A stretch of DNA of 63,787 bases, filler included, from Olpidium bornovanus S191 (taxonomy: Eukaryota > Fungi > Olpidiomycota): the NCBI GenBank assembly GCA_017911155.1. It is 28 parts of 28 records of this genome, joined end to end, with 100 filler letters (N's around TTAATTAATTAA, not from the genome) between each part and the next. Parts side by side here need not be neighbours in the genome. Positions count along the whole stretch, not along the records: positions 1 to 2,139 come from JAEFCI010007958.1; positions 2,240 to 5,824 come from JAEFCI010002848.1; positions 5,925 to 9,214 come from JAEFCI010006058.1; positions 9,315 to 10,528 come from JAEFCI010008187.1; positions 10,629 to 12,594 come from JAEFCI010011905.1; 23 more parts are not named here. The stretch is one strand, 5' to 3'. Below, piece after piece: positions 1 through 11,820 of this stretch (position 1 is its first letter; every line of letters starts with the position of its first letter). The notes beneath the pieces were generated by a model. That model was not told the origin of the DNA. It was given only the letters and a program-made list of their open reading frames with translations, and made no database searches. The translations under genes and the position numbers were made by a program.

Positions 1-1464
1 CCAACATTGCCTTGTAGCTATCATCGTGCGAAAATGTGAGTTAGGTACCACAGGAAGTCTGCGTACCCCTAATGAAGCTCGAATGCCCTCGCTGACCGCA
101 AAACTCCGGGTAAACGTCATGTGCGACGCGCCGAAAATGCTGAAATGGCTGCAATTCCATTTGTTCCCGGGAGACGCGGGCATAGTCAACTTTACATGTG
201 CTGCAGGACCCGAATCAAGAAATCACGCTAATGTTCACTAAACACACACCGTACATGCTGCAAAAGGCGTTTCCGATGCTCGCGAGAGGCAGGAACATAT
301 TTGGCGGCGATATAACCGTCAAGAGCTGCATTAGCGTTCCGGCAACGCTGAAGCCTTCACCTGCCTGACGTGACGCCAAAAACAAAAAGTTACATCAGAC
401 TACTGCAATCACCAAAGTGGCTGGGGAGGGAGCAGCAGGGGGGGATTCCTCCTGTTCCCGAACGCCGATTCCGTCTTTCAGACCGGCAGTAAAATTACTC
501 ACGAGCTTCCAAGTCTTTGGATGAGAGTCCAGCGAGTGCGAAAATCGCCTAATAAACAGGAGCTTTCCTATCTCTCCAATCCCGTCCTTTAGGACCCTGG
601 CAGAGACATTCTCATTCGTCAATTTTCTGCCAGATTGCAAAACATGTCATAAGAAAGGAGGTGACAGCTACCATTGGATTGCGACGGCGCCACCTGTTGC
701 TTGAGCGCTCGTCAAACCGAGAGAGGCAAGCATGGCCTGGCTGCAAAGAACACTAGCCTAACAGAGAACAGGCAAGAAGTTTACAGACGGGCATGTCGTA
801 TCCTTGCAGGCTGGGGAAATCTGGGCGTGCAACGACAGCTCAGAAAGGGTGCACTGACCGCCGACCAGACAACAGTTTCCACAAATTGCCACCAGTGGAC
901 CCTCGCATAACACGGGTGGACGCTCGAAGGGTATCCAACGGGCAGAAACATAGCCCTCAGCCACGAGTTTGCGGAGTGGTACGCAGACAGGCCGGCTCGC
1001 AGTATTCGAGGCCGGTTGGCGCCCCGTAGCGCGTGGTGGGCGGAGCAGGCCCCCTCCGTTTCTGCGGCCTTCGGGTTCTCACTGTCAGCCGCTGCCGCTT
1101 TTCGGCCCAACTCGTCCCACCGCCATGTGAGCGCCTCGCCCTCGACGAGGCGGTACGTCCTGGAACGGGCGCCGACAGTCTCCGAAACCCGGAAAGGGGC
1201 CGAAGATGCCGGCTCCGCCTCTTCCGCGGAAACAAAACGACCACGGGGGGTCGACGCGCGGGAAGGCGCGGTCGTCGCGATCCGCAGCGCGGCACGGCAC
1301 GGCAAGCGCTGCCCAGGCCCGCACGGGAAGACCGCGGCTCCCCGCGCAAGCGCCCCGGCGGGCGGCGGAGCATAGACGCGGAAGCGGCGGATACTCCCCG
1401 CGGAGAGCGGGTCCGCGAGCAGAGCGCGGCCGCAACGCGCACGGGATGCTGCCACGGGCAGCAT
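1..1464 (-). CDS. RUS1 / DUF647 (RUSF1/C16orf58-like) family protein, multi-exon, 3' end off-window
   Basis: Manual splicing at GT-AG introns gives ...WLRAMFLPVGYPSSVHPCYARVHWWQFVETVVWSA | SVLCSQAMLASLGLTSAQATGGAVAIQW | VLKDGIGEIGKLLFIRRFSHSLDSHPKTWKL | GEGFSVAGTLMQLLTVISPPNMFLPLASIGNAF | HFSIFGASHMTFTRSFA. FLPxGYPxSV and WVLKDGIG are RUS-family hallmarks. ATG at 1464 is the likely start (Arg/Ala-rich, targeting-peptide-like). Confidence 0.78.
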
Positions 1465-2315
1465 GTTTTCCGCCTGGGGCGCGCTGCTGCGGGCGGCAGG
1501 TGCGGTGGAAAAAACCGTTCCGGTTGGGGGGGGAAGAGGCTGTGTGACCTGGTAAACGGGGGCCCACCGCTGTTGTCTAGAACAGACAGACACCTTTCAC
1601 ACGGGCTTTCTTTTTTTTTTTGGCTGACAAGCAGCAGAAACCGACCCCCGCGCCCGCCTCTAAACACCCAAGCCAAGTAACACAGCCAAAAGGCAAACGG
1701 GGAATGCAGCATAAGCGTAGAGCAGGTTACAGAGCAGGGGTGGAAGCGCTCTTGTAACTGAAGGAGCTTTTCGGTCTAAATGCGGTCCCCCCCCATGGTA
1801 ATGCCACCCACGACGTCACCGCGTTGTTGACTGGTGGCAAGGCCGAGCATCGACTGAAATGGCGCATATCCTGTCATTCGAGGCGCTGCTGTACGATCCG
1901 GGGCCACAGCTCTAGAGGAAACAATTTAACTCAGTCCTCCTGCCGAAATTAAGCCGTTTTTAATGGGGCAGAAATCCAACGTCTCACGTCCTCATTTGAC
2001 CTTGTCGTTGGTCGTGAGGTTGATAGCGACTGTGAGGCGTTAACGGCAATGCCGAAATGTTGCAGTCGCGTGTTTCGCAGGGCCGTCCTTGCCCTGGAGA
2101 ACAATCACAAATTTTGACGAAGGACAGCCCATTCATGCCNNNNNNNNNNNNNNNNNNNNNNNNNNNNNNNNNNNNNNNNNNNNTTAATTAATTAANNNNN
2201 NNNNNNNNNNNNNNNNNNNNNNNNNNNNNNNNNNNNNNNCATGATCGATGAAGTGCAAGGTATACTTATTGGCAATAAATGATAGCAGAAAAGGGCCGCT
2301 GATGTAGGCGTCAAC

Positions 2316-3700
2316 CTATTTGAACATTATATACATCCTTTCCGAGAGAGGAAAAGATTTCCGTCTAGCCTTGCCGAGTGCACATCCCTCGTAAAACGGT
2401 AAATCAGCCTCGGCGTCGACAGTAATGCCATTGATCTTGGCCAGGCGGCGCAGATTCGTGATGCTCATATGACCAAATCGGCGATGTAGAAAAAGTAATT
2501 GCTGATTGGCGACAATAGTTGCATGAGCACGGGCGACTTGTGTAGTAAGCATTGCAATCGATGGCTCCAGCGGGATGGTGTAGTCAGAGTCCACGATCCG
2601 GCATTTGCAATCTAGGAAAAAGATACGACCCCTCCGGAATCCCTGGGCGATGATGGCGCCGTCATTGGCATCCATAATGAAACTTGCCTGTTAACCTTGA
2701 ACGAGACATCGAGTCCACGCATGGTTGCAGCCGGAACAGAAAAGAGAGGTGCAATTTCCGGAACAAAGTAGACATCAACAAGGTCAACAGCAGACCCGGC
2801 AGAAAGAAGAGGCACAGTACCAATCCCTTGAGCTTTAACAACACTTACATCGGCAAGGTAGATGTCCTACGTGGTTTGACGAAGATCAATGAACCAGCAA
2901 CGATCATTGTGATAATGATGCGTAGCACCAGAATCTTCAGCGATGAGATTAGAGTCAGAGTGCGTACGTTTGGCTCGTGCATGATCGGCGACAGTCGAAG
3001 CAATTGCGATGATGTTGTCCATGGGTCGTGGAACGGTCACATATGAATCCTTGTCGACCTCAATATAAGAAGTAAATGGAAGTGGGTCAATGCAGGTGAC
3101 CACGTGTAAACCCTGGTGAATTGGAGTGACTTGCCGAGCTATTGCAGCATGAGCACGGCTGGTCCCCTCGGTCGGATGGCTGACATCGACTTATGAAATT
3201 CAGACGCAATTGTGAAAGTTTTTTTTGGAAAGGCGGAGTATTTTAACCTGCGGAATGTTACTGCTTACCTAGAGAAAATTGAATTGCTTCCCGACCCTTG
3301 GATATGTCGGCTGATGAGAATCAGCGTGTTCCATCTCACGGTCCTCTCGGAGCATGAATCGCGTGTTCAGGAAATGATGTTTGCCCCAAACTCCCCGCCG
3401 GAACGCCTTGGAGGAGTGGCTCAAAGCCAAATCGTCTCCTGTATGACCATTGAAAAAGGCGCCTTTGTGCGTTGACAGAAGTGCGCATTATCAATGCGCT
3501 TGTCGAAGGGGGCGGGTAATGTAAATACCGGGTGATGGACCGAAAAAGATAGACCCGCCCATCTTCCAAAAGCCGAAGATACGAACCAGAACCATATCTT
3601 GGGTGAGGGGGGGGGGGGGGGGGGGCGGGATGCACGCCGGCCCTTACTGGTGGGGGACCGTAGATGTATGCGCTGCAACCAGCCAATGTGCCTCGTGGTG
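2316..3700 (-). mobile_element. Degenerate Ty1/Copia gag-protease-GAG-pre-integrase remnant
   Basis: Protease motif DSGATHHYHNDRCWF followed by KAQGIGTVPL...LVDVYFVPE, then LFLHRRFGHMS...EGCALGKARRKSFP (pre-integrase HHCC-like). Several stops and frameshifts. The upstream part (3100-3700) is only weakly gag-like. Confidence 0.85.
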
Positions 3701-5374
3701 GACGCGGCGGGAAAGGTTGTCGTCGACGCTAAACGAGCACCACACCAAAGCCGAAGTTGTCGTCGAACGTGGAAGCAACAAGCAGCTGTACATCTGGAGC
3801 GATCCCGTGTGAGAAAATATCCGGGTTTTGGCCCGTCTCCTCTCTCACACGCCCCCGCTCCCTCCCGCCAGACTAAACAAAAAGGCTCTTCGCGACCAAA
3901 ATGGGCAACCGTACGTTATGCGCCCAAAGCGCACCCGAAGTCCCCCCTTCTCCCCCCCTCTGAGAAAAAGAAATCGCTCCGCCTTCCGCGCCGCGGCACT
4001 CGCGGAGATGGGGCTCCGCCTCCCGAACCCCCGACGCGGCAACCACGGAGAGCGTGGAAACACGCCGGGAAGCACTCACAAGGAAGCGAATAGAACAGAG
4101 GAGGGTGCGTGCACAACTCGCGGCGCGGGAAGCGCAAATGGGCAAACTGACCGTCGGAGTAACTTTCCCCCCCCCCCCTCTGAAACCATCCGGCCGCTGA
4201 CCCCACCTCTCCGCCTCGCGCTCCCTCGTCTTCCCTCCCACACACGAATTCTACAGGCACCCGGACGCTGTGCGGCCCAGCACCCCCGCTGTGACGACTC
4301 GCGCCCACGCAAACGCGTCTACGCCGCCGCTGACACCCAGCCGCAAAATGCCGAAAACAATTTACGTGAGTGACGCGCGCATGACTGCTTCAAGAGTTGT
4401 TGCCTGCTTCCAAAGTTTGGCTCACTCTCCTTTTCTGCAGAGACAACAACGTTAGCAGTCCAATCTTTCACTCAAAGTGTTGATCCAGGTAGGAGGTTGC
4501 GTTGGTGTCTCCGGGTTCAACTCACCAAAACCTTCCCACAACTTTTTTTCCCTTTTTTTCTTTTCTTTTTTACTTTTTATTGTTTTTATTTCTTTCTGGT
4601 TTTTTTTTTCTTTTTTTTTTCGTTCTGTTTTTTTGTTTTTGTTTTTTTTTCCTTTTTTTGTTTTTTTTTTGTTTTTTTTCCTTCATTGTTCGCTTTTCTT
4701 TTCCTCTGTTTTCCCCCTATTTATTTTTGTCCTCCATTTTCCCTTTTTACCCGGCCAGTAGCAAATAATAGTTGTTTCTAATGACGCGGCCACGCTGACG
4801 CCGGAGATGACACAATACTCCCAGGTCGACGTCAACGACTTGCCTCCGCCATTGTACGCGGGTCCGACTTAAGAGCCAACGGTCGCTTTCCTGTCGGACG
4901 CAGGGCCCGTCCCCGGGCCCCAGCTGTGCGACCCCCTGCCCCGCTGCGCGCCGCGCGCCGCGGGCACGGCAAGCCTCACGCTGCCGTCCTCCTGTCGCGC
5001 CTTGGTCCGCCGCCGAACGAGCCGCCTCTAGGGGCGGATGAGATAGCGGACGAACCATCGATTCGGACTGCGAACGAGTGACGACTCCTCCGTTGGAAAG
5101 GATATGGTCAAATGCTAATGGCAACCTGTTTGGGAAGTAAGCTCGAGATGCTGCAGGAAACCTGATATCATACATGCAAAATTTTCCTTTCATTCTACAG
5201 GGTGCGAAAACGGAGTAGTGGGCCAAAAGCGCATTAAATCACGGAGTGTCTTTGTGCGGGGTGAGAGTGTTTGTGGCCCTGCGCGCCAACCGCTATATGC
5301 TCGATCATGGCAACTGCTAATGCAGAGCGCTGATTTGACGGGTTCTGGGATGAAGCACCAACAAAATTTTAAAC

Positions 5375-5446
5375 CTCTCCGACCGGGAATCGAACCCGGG
5401 TCACCCGCGTGACAGGCGGGGATAATAACCACTATACGATCGAAGA
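5375..5446 (-). tRNA. tRNA-Asp-GTC: tRNA-Asp (anticodon GTC), 72 nt, no intron
   Basis: TCTTCGATCGTATAGTGGTTATTATCCCCGCCTGTCACGCGGGTGACCCGGGTTCGATTCCCGGTCGGAGAG: paired acceptor stem, A box, CTGTCAC loop, GGTTCGATTCC B box, TTTT downstream. Confidence 0.96.
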
Positions 5447-6791
5447 CTTGGATGATGTTTGGCTCTGCGCAGCATAATAAGACAAGTTGCCCTTGGGTTA
5501 CCATACGCCTTATACTCTCTGGTACTAGCAAGAATCTGCAAATTTTAAAAACACCCAATGATTACAAATTGAAGTGCATTTTCTATAAAATGTAATGAGA
5601 CACTGCTACGGTAATACCGCAGAATAACGACAGCACGGCTGTGAAAAATTTGGCAGGTTCTTTTTACGTTTTCGGGTATGGTCAATATGGTCAGGGCCAG
5701 CGTCGTGTTGCGTCGGACTCCCAGCCTATTTGTTTTTGTGCGCTGACCGCGGAAATCTCCGCCGAATGACGCACTGTTGTTGTTCCAATGCGGGGGATCT
5801 TGAACGAACGCGGAGTCAGACATGNNNNNNNNNNNNNNNNNNNNNNNNNNNNNNNNNNNNNNNNNNNNTTAATTAATTAANNNNNNNNNNNNNNNNNNNN
5901 NNNNNNNNNNNNNNNNNNNNNNNNACCTTTTTCTTTCAGGAAATTATTCCGGTTAGTTTTATGGTAACTGTCAAAAGGTGGGTCGAGTTTGATGCGCAGA
6001 CCGCAAAATCACAGTTATTCATAAAAATTTTCCGGAAGTTTCATGATGAACTAGGGAGAGAATTCGGTGGAGGGAGGTTGCTCCTGGTGCAGGGCTATTG
6101 CGAGCCTTCGCGGTGACTGATCACTCTCAAGCGCCATCTCTGAAGTGAAGACCATCCAAGTACTCTTTTTAGGCTCTCCAGTGACTTCATATTAGGATTT
6201 AGTCCGCTGACTTCAGCCGCTTGCAGCTTTCGTTGAGGCTCTATTTATCGGTACCGCTGCTGTTCGTCTTAGCATGAGCATCTTGCCGGAGAGCCTGAGC
6301 GGCCGTGCTCCGGGCTGGAACGAGGTGCGGAGGGGAAGAAATTGGTTTGCCGGTAGTAGGCAAACGAGGTGCACAAGGCATGGAGACGGGAGTCGTACGC
6401 AGGGGGAACTCCCCCCCGTACGCAGCGGGAGCTGCCGGGGGGGGGACTAGCGGAGAAGGGCGAAAAGATTAATTTCGGAACAATGAAATTGAAACTAAAA
6501 TACAGGGTAATTTCATTTTTAGAGGGAAAGTTCACTTTTTGTTAGAAGATACCGGGATAACCCGGGCTTTCAACCTAATTAAATTTCAAGTCAATTTTGG
6601 ACATGAACAGTTTGAGACCGAGTTTTGTTGGATATTCGTTGAAATTGAACTGAAATTCACCAGCAGATGCACGTGACGAACCGCAATGGGAGGCGGGCCG
6701 TCGGAGATGCACCATCGATTGTCGCCAAGACCCCGTAGACAGGCCCAGCCAAACGCTCTCTTGATGCGTGGTTTCACGAGGTCGCCGCGAG

Positions 6792-7100
6792 CTAAATAAT
6801 CTTATTTGCGGTCAAAACGCACTGTAACAAACAGGCTTCTCTTGTTATGCGCGCAGCGCGTTCTGGAGAATCAAGTTTGTTTTCTAATTCTTGATTTTCT
6901 AGATCTGGATTCGGGTTTAGGTATGCATTCCATGTTCTGAGTTCTGGAGTATTGGCACGTCTGAAGTATGTTTCTATCTGCACTATATAGATGTGCCCGC
7001 GGCTACCAGCGCCAGAGTGTTGGGGCGCAATGTGTTTTCTGTAACGTGACATTTTACTAGGTCCGCGCCTGCACGGCCGCCGTCGGGACGAAAATGACCA
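6792..7100 (-). mobile_element. Possible retrotransposon gag remnant
   Basis: HIYIVQIETYFRRANTPELRTWNAYLNPNPDLENQELENKLDSPERAARITREACLLQCVL loosely resembles Gypsy capsid N-terminal motifs (xQIETYF). No pol motifs confirmed nearby. Confidence 0.3.
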
Positions 7101-8205
7101 TTGCGGCAAGATTGGAAGTCCTGCAGGCGGGGGCATCCCCATCCTGCTGTCCCTGCGTCTCCATCAACGCCGCTAGTGCAAACGCCGGAGACTTACGCAT
7201 GTGGCGTTACGCATCGCAGCGGTGTGTCTGAAAGTCGACGTCACAGCGCCGTTGCTCCCCGTGCAGCGCTTACGTTGGGGCGGCTGACGAGGTGCTTCCG
7301 TCGTCATCCGTGGTATTACCAAGGCGACCGCTGGCGGCGCATCCCTTTCTGCGGGTGACCAAAAAAAAAGGGGGGGCATCACGGCGGACAGCCGGTCAGC
7401 TCTTCGCCTTGTTCGCAGCAGCCTTGCCGCAGGTGGAAAAGAATCGGACTGGAAAGCGATTTCTCCCGTGCGCAAAACTGTAACGCTTCGAACCCACCCA
7501 TCCCGGCGGAGCGCCGCAGCGGTAAAACTGAGCGGGGACCTCCGGAAACTGCGGCGGCCTTGCGAAGGAGGGCGTGACCCGCAACTCGGCTGACGCGACC
7601 AACGTAGTCTCAGCGATCGGGCCCAACAGTTTTTTGTCGGTTGAGGGCAGCGTGGGAGACGGCGTCGCAGGTCTCGCACATAAACTCTTTTGTGGGAAAT
7701 AAATTAGAAAACGGACCGTTACCGGGGTGCCCAAATAATTTGAGCCGGTTTGCTGGCGGCAACGGGCGTGGAGGATGTTTTTTTTTTCTTAGCGTAAAAG
7801 CTCTCTACCACGACATCCGCCTAGCATAACTTCGTCGCATAACTCTGTGTGCGGGAGCCTGAAGCTTCGGTTCCTTTTCCGTGGAGCTTGTTAAAACCGT
7901 TTCGCTCTGTAGGGCACAAGCTTTAGAGAGGCGGGAAAGAAAGAAAACCAACGCCTCCCGCTCGGAGGCGTCCTCCCAGCCTAAAAACGCAGTTCGAGCG
8001 AGGTGGATAAAGAGCGGGCGGGAACGCGTGGGGGGCGGGATCAGTATACACGCTCAGACGGGATCGCTTGAAAGTCGACCAAGCGCCCAACGGCCGGCCT
8101 TTTCCGTCAAAAGAGATCCGGTGAGCGATCGCAGCGCGGGGCTGCACTCCAAGGCGACAACAGGTCGCCGCGCCCCGGCGTCTCCGAACGGCCGCCTTAA
8201 CAACA

Positions 8206-9099
8206 ATGTCCCGCGCGCACCTCATCGGCACTCAGTCGAGGTCGCGCGCCCTGCGCAAAGAACCGCCGTTCTGGTTTTTAACGCCGGCGCCGCAGATGCC
8301 GCGGACCATCGCCCTCGGCGCGGCGCGGCGGCTCAGATCGACTATCGCTTCAGATCACGCCGACTGCAACGGCGTCGGCCGTCAGCCTTTTCTTCCGGCG
8401 TCCTCAGGAAACACCGCGTGCGCTGCTGAGTGGGCGATTATTCCCATCACAGAAAATGTCTGCGCCAGTGCTGGTCGGAGGAAAAACGTGTGCCGAGATC
8501 GCTGGGCCGCAGACGAGTCAGAGGAGCTGGTGTCGCTTGTTCGGAATTCCTTGCGGCAAACGGCCCTCCCGCATTGGAGAAAAATTGCTGCTCACTTTTC
8601 TAAAAGGTCCACTCAGGGCGTGATAAACAAGTTTTATCGCTTGCAGACGGGAGTCAGGGCGCACAAGCGTATGCAATGGCCTGAACGCGATACGCACATG
8701 GCGATGCTTCTTGTACGGCAGCGTGCACCCCAACAAGCATTCATAAAAAGCCTGCCGTGATATTCGGTGACACACATACGAGGTCAGCGGTAAATCGATT
8801 CCAATACCAACAGGCCCCTGCGACCGCTGAATTTACCCTCCCCTTCCCGTTCCGTCCCTCATCATTACCAAAGATGTTATTCGTATTTTGCGGAAAACTC
8901 CAAACAAGATGGGCAGCGGGAAGGAATCTCGTGAAAAATCACAGCGAATTCCATATTCTGACTTCCAGCGAATCACTACGAAAAATGGACTACCAATGAT
9001 ATAAAGTTGCTGAAACGGCTGCGATCACTGGCCTTGCAAGCCGACTGGGTCTATATTGGTGAGGCGTTAGGCCGCACCCCAATGTCCTGCAGAAGCAAG
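8206..9099 (+). CDS. Three-repeat Myb/SANT-domain protein with one in-frame TGA (8758-8760); partial, start uncertain
   Basis: R1 RWAADESEELVSLVRN...PHWRKIAAHFSKRSTQGVINKF; R2 QWPERDTHMAMLLVRQ...SLP*YSVTHIRGQ; intron 8790-8968 (GTAAAT...CTGAC...CAG) joins in frame to R3 KWTTNDIKLLKRL...DWVYIGEALGRTPMSCRSK. Confidence 0.72.
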
Positions 9100-9499
9100 G
9101 TTTGTGGCCGTCGTCGGCGCCGCCGACATTTTGGACAGGAAGGAATTGGTGGTTGAGAGTGTGCGGTTCAGTCGGCCAGTCTTCAAAGGTTGCGAGATTT
9201 TCCGCCGTTTCATGNNNNNNNNNNNNNNNNNNNNNNNNNNNNNNNNNNNNNNNNNNNNTTAATTAATTAANNNNNNNNNNNNNNNNNNNNNNNNNNNNNN
9301 NNNNNNNNNNNNNNACGGCCTGCCAGACGTGGGTCGGTCTCCGTCCGCTCGCTGTCCTGCGGTGCAGCCGTCACGGCACGGTCCATGGGAGTCGTTGTTG
9401 CCGCTACGGCTGAGCTGGCTGGTGGCGCCGGGTCCACTTTTGTCTTGTTGTCCATTGTTTACGCGGTCAGGGGAACGGGTCCCGGTTGCGTGTTCCTCA

Positions 9500-9740
9500 G
9501 GGCGCGGCGACGGCGCGGCCTGGCGACGACGGCGAAGCGGGCGGCCGAGGGCGGCGCGGATGGCGTTTGGCCGAGGGCGGCGCGGATGGCGCGGCTGGTG
9601 GCTGGAGGCGGCGGAGACGGCGCGGCGGGCGGCCAAGGGCGGCGCGGATGGCGCGGCTGGTGGCCGAATGCGGCGGAGACGGCGCGGTGGGCGGCCAAGG
9701 GCGGCGCGGATGGCGCGGCTGGTGGCCAACGGCGGCGCGC
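9500..9740. repeat. GC-rich ~60-bp imperfect tandem repeat (core GGGCGGCCAAGGGCGGCGCGGATGGCGCGGCTGGTGGCC), about 3-4 copies
   Basis: The core recurs at roughly 9540, 9570, 9628 and 9688. Confidence 0.85.
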
Positions 9741-10628
9741 GGCTGCCGCGCAGAGAAGCGAGGTCGCGGTCGGGGGAACAGGTCCCGGCTGCGAAGAAGG
9801 GCGGCGGCGGGCGGCGAAAATGGGCGGCGCGCGGCTGCTGCGCAGAGAAGGTGAGGGACCGGTCAAGTCCGACTTGGGCTCATAACCTGACGCGGTTTCT
9901 CCTGAAACCCCCTTTATTTCCTACCCCTCCCTCCCCTCTCTCTTTTTTTTTTTTTGTTACTTTAAAAGATGGATCCGTCCGAGACGAGGAGGCTCAAAAA
10001 AAAATTTTGCGGATGAAGATCTTTTTTTACTGCTTACTGTTAATGTCATACAAAGAAATGCGCAGGGAAAAAAAAGGGCAGGGGGGGGAGGGTGGGGAGG
10101 GTGGGCGGGGGATTGTGGGGGAAAGAACGAACAAATTTTCGAATCCAGGTGGGTAACTTGCTTGCGCCAACATGTCGATTGAGGTTTCGGCCTTGACTGG
10201 CCGTGACCACGAGTGCGAATAAGGACAACATAATGGGGCACAATGGGTGTGAAAAGGGGGACGGGGGGAGGGGGGGGGGGGGGGGAACCGGGAGGTGGAT
10301 TTAAGTGGAGGGGGAAAAACGCGGAGCCCAACTGGAAACGCGGGCTCGGAACTTTTTGGTGGGGAGGTGGAGGGGAGGGGGCGAGGGGAAGGAGAAGGGG
10401 GTTAGACCATGTCAAAGGCCGAAACCTTTCGGTACTCCCCTCCGTTCGCCGCTTTGGCCCCGCTGCGGTTGTACCACTTCCGGGCCTCGTCGACCCAGAA
10501 CACGGAGCTCGAGATCGCCACCAGGCGCNNNNNNNNNNNNNNNNNNNNNNNNNNNNNNNNNNNNNNNNNNNNTTAATTAATTAANNNNNNNNNNNNNNNN
10601 NNNNNNNNNNNNNNNNNNNNNNNNNNNN

Positions 10629-11158
10629 CATGACTTTCCTGTACTCCAACATCTTCTTTGCCCACTCTTTGCGCTACTCGATGACATCTAGGCGTTCGTG
10701 GCCATCAAAATAAATCTGAAATTGAAGTCAGCCAGAGCTTCATATCATACATAGCAGAATAATGCACCATTTTACCTGTTGGCCAGCTGTGCGCTTTTTG
10801 AACCCCCAGAGATTCATGAACTTGGCGACTGTAGCAAGACTGACTGTTGCTTCCAGTCCCAGTTTGTCTGGAAAGACGTTGGTCTGCAGCTCCCACTGTA
10901 GATTTGCAGCGGAACGGTATTGAGGTTTTGTGGTGCGGAGCCACTGCAGACATCTTCCTTTGATGTATTTGTCGTCCAAGATTGATTCCCGTTTGGCGTG
11001 CTTTCCCTGAGCGCGCTCAGGCAGGTAGCCGAGCTTGACGTACGCCTTTGCCCATGCACGAATGCACCGACAGGCATGGTCGGTGCTCGTGACCAATCAC
11101 GCCTCAGCTGCTCGCTTTGAAGCCTCCGTATTCTTTGCGCCTTCCAGAATGAGCGTCA
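10629..11158 (-). mobile_element. Pseudogenised fungal DDE (Tc1/mariner-IS630-like) transposase fragment containing a 60-nt intron
   Basis: CIRAWAKAY...LPERAQGKHAKRESILDD...CLQWLR...FMNLWGFKKRTAGQQ | IYFDGHERLDVIE*RKEWAKKMLEY. YFDGHER-DV--YR is typical of this fungal family. Intron 10775-10716 (GTAAAA...GCTGAC...TTCAG). Two premature stops. Confidence 0.8.
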
Positions 11159-11820
11159 TGTAACGCTGCTGTGCTGTGGATGTTGGTTGCAGTTTTTGGG
11201 TCAAAGCTTTTTATTGCTGTTTGTTCTAGCTCTTGTTTCTGGTTCTGGTTTTTGGTTCTAGAACGTCATAGAGGGGGTCTATTTATACCTGCGGGTGTGG
11301 CGCCATGGTTGCTGCGCGCGGGCATGACCCGTGGGCGTGACGCCATGGTTGCTGTGCGCGTGGCGCCAGCGAGCGTGGCGCCATGGTCGTTCCCTCCATG
11401 GGCGGGTCTTACCCCGCGTGGGTGGGTCTTGCCCCGTGGTTGCGGGTCTTGTCCCGTGGTGGCGGGGCCTTGTCCCGCGTGGGCGGGTCTTGCCCCGCCT
11501 GTGTGGATCTTTGGCCCGCGGGGGCAGGACTTGCCCCGCGTGGGCTGGTCTTGCCCCTCATGTGCGGGTTTTTGGCCCGCGGGGGAAGGACTTGCCCTGC
11601 GTGGGCGGGTCTTGCCCCGCATGTGCGGGTCTTTGGCCCGCGGGGGCGGGACTTGCCCGCGTGGGCGGGTCTTGCTCCCGCGGGGGCGGGTCATTGTCCG
11701 GCGGGGGCAGGTCATTGTCCGGCGGGGGCAGGTCTTGCTCCCGCGGGGGCGGGTCTTGCTCCCGCGGGGGCAGGTCTTGCTCCGCGGGGGCGGGCCTTGT
11801 CCCGCGGGGGCAGGGCTTGA
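11159..11820 (-). mobile_element. LTR-like segment with a GC-rich ~20-21-bp minisatellite (11330-11820)
   Basis: On the minus strand: tandem repeats, then TATAAATA, then AATAAA, then a ...GTTACA terminus exactly where the transposase ORF is cut (11159). The far terminus and a TSD were not found. Confidence 0.55.

Noticed and set aside
369-381. 13-mer CGTGACGCCAAAA shared with 62367-62379
   Set aside because: A single 13-bp match is expected by chance in 64 kb.
2140-2239. TTAATTAATTAA repeated 27 times at regular context (could look like a repeat or recombination site)
   Set aside because: Always centred in a 100-bp N block; it is a synthetic six-frame-stop linker.
4255-5120. Small spliced plus-strand gene ending ...DVNDLPPPLYAGPT*
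   Set aside because: Splice signals are present, but several exon frames are equally plausible and there is no recognisable domain.
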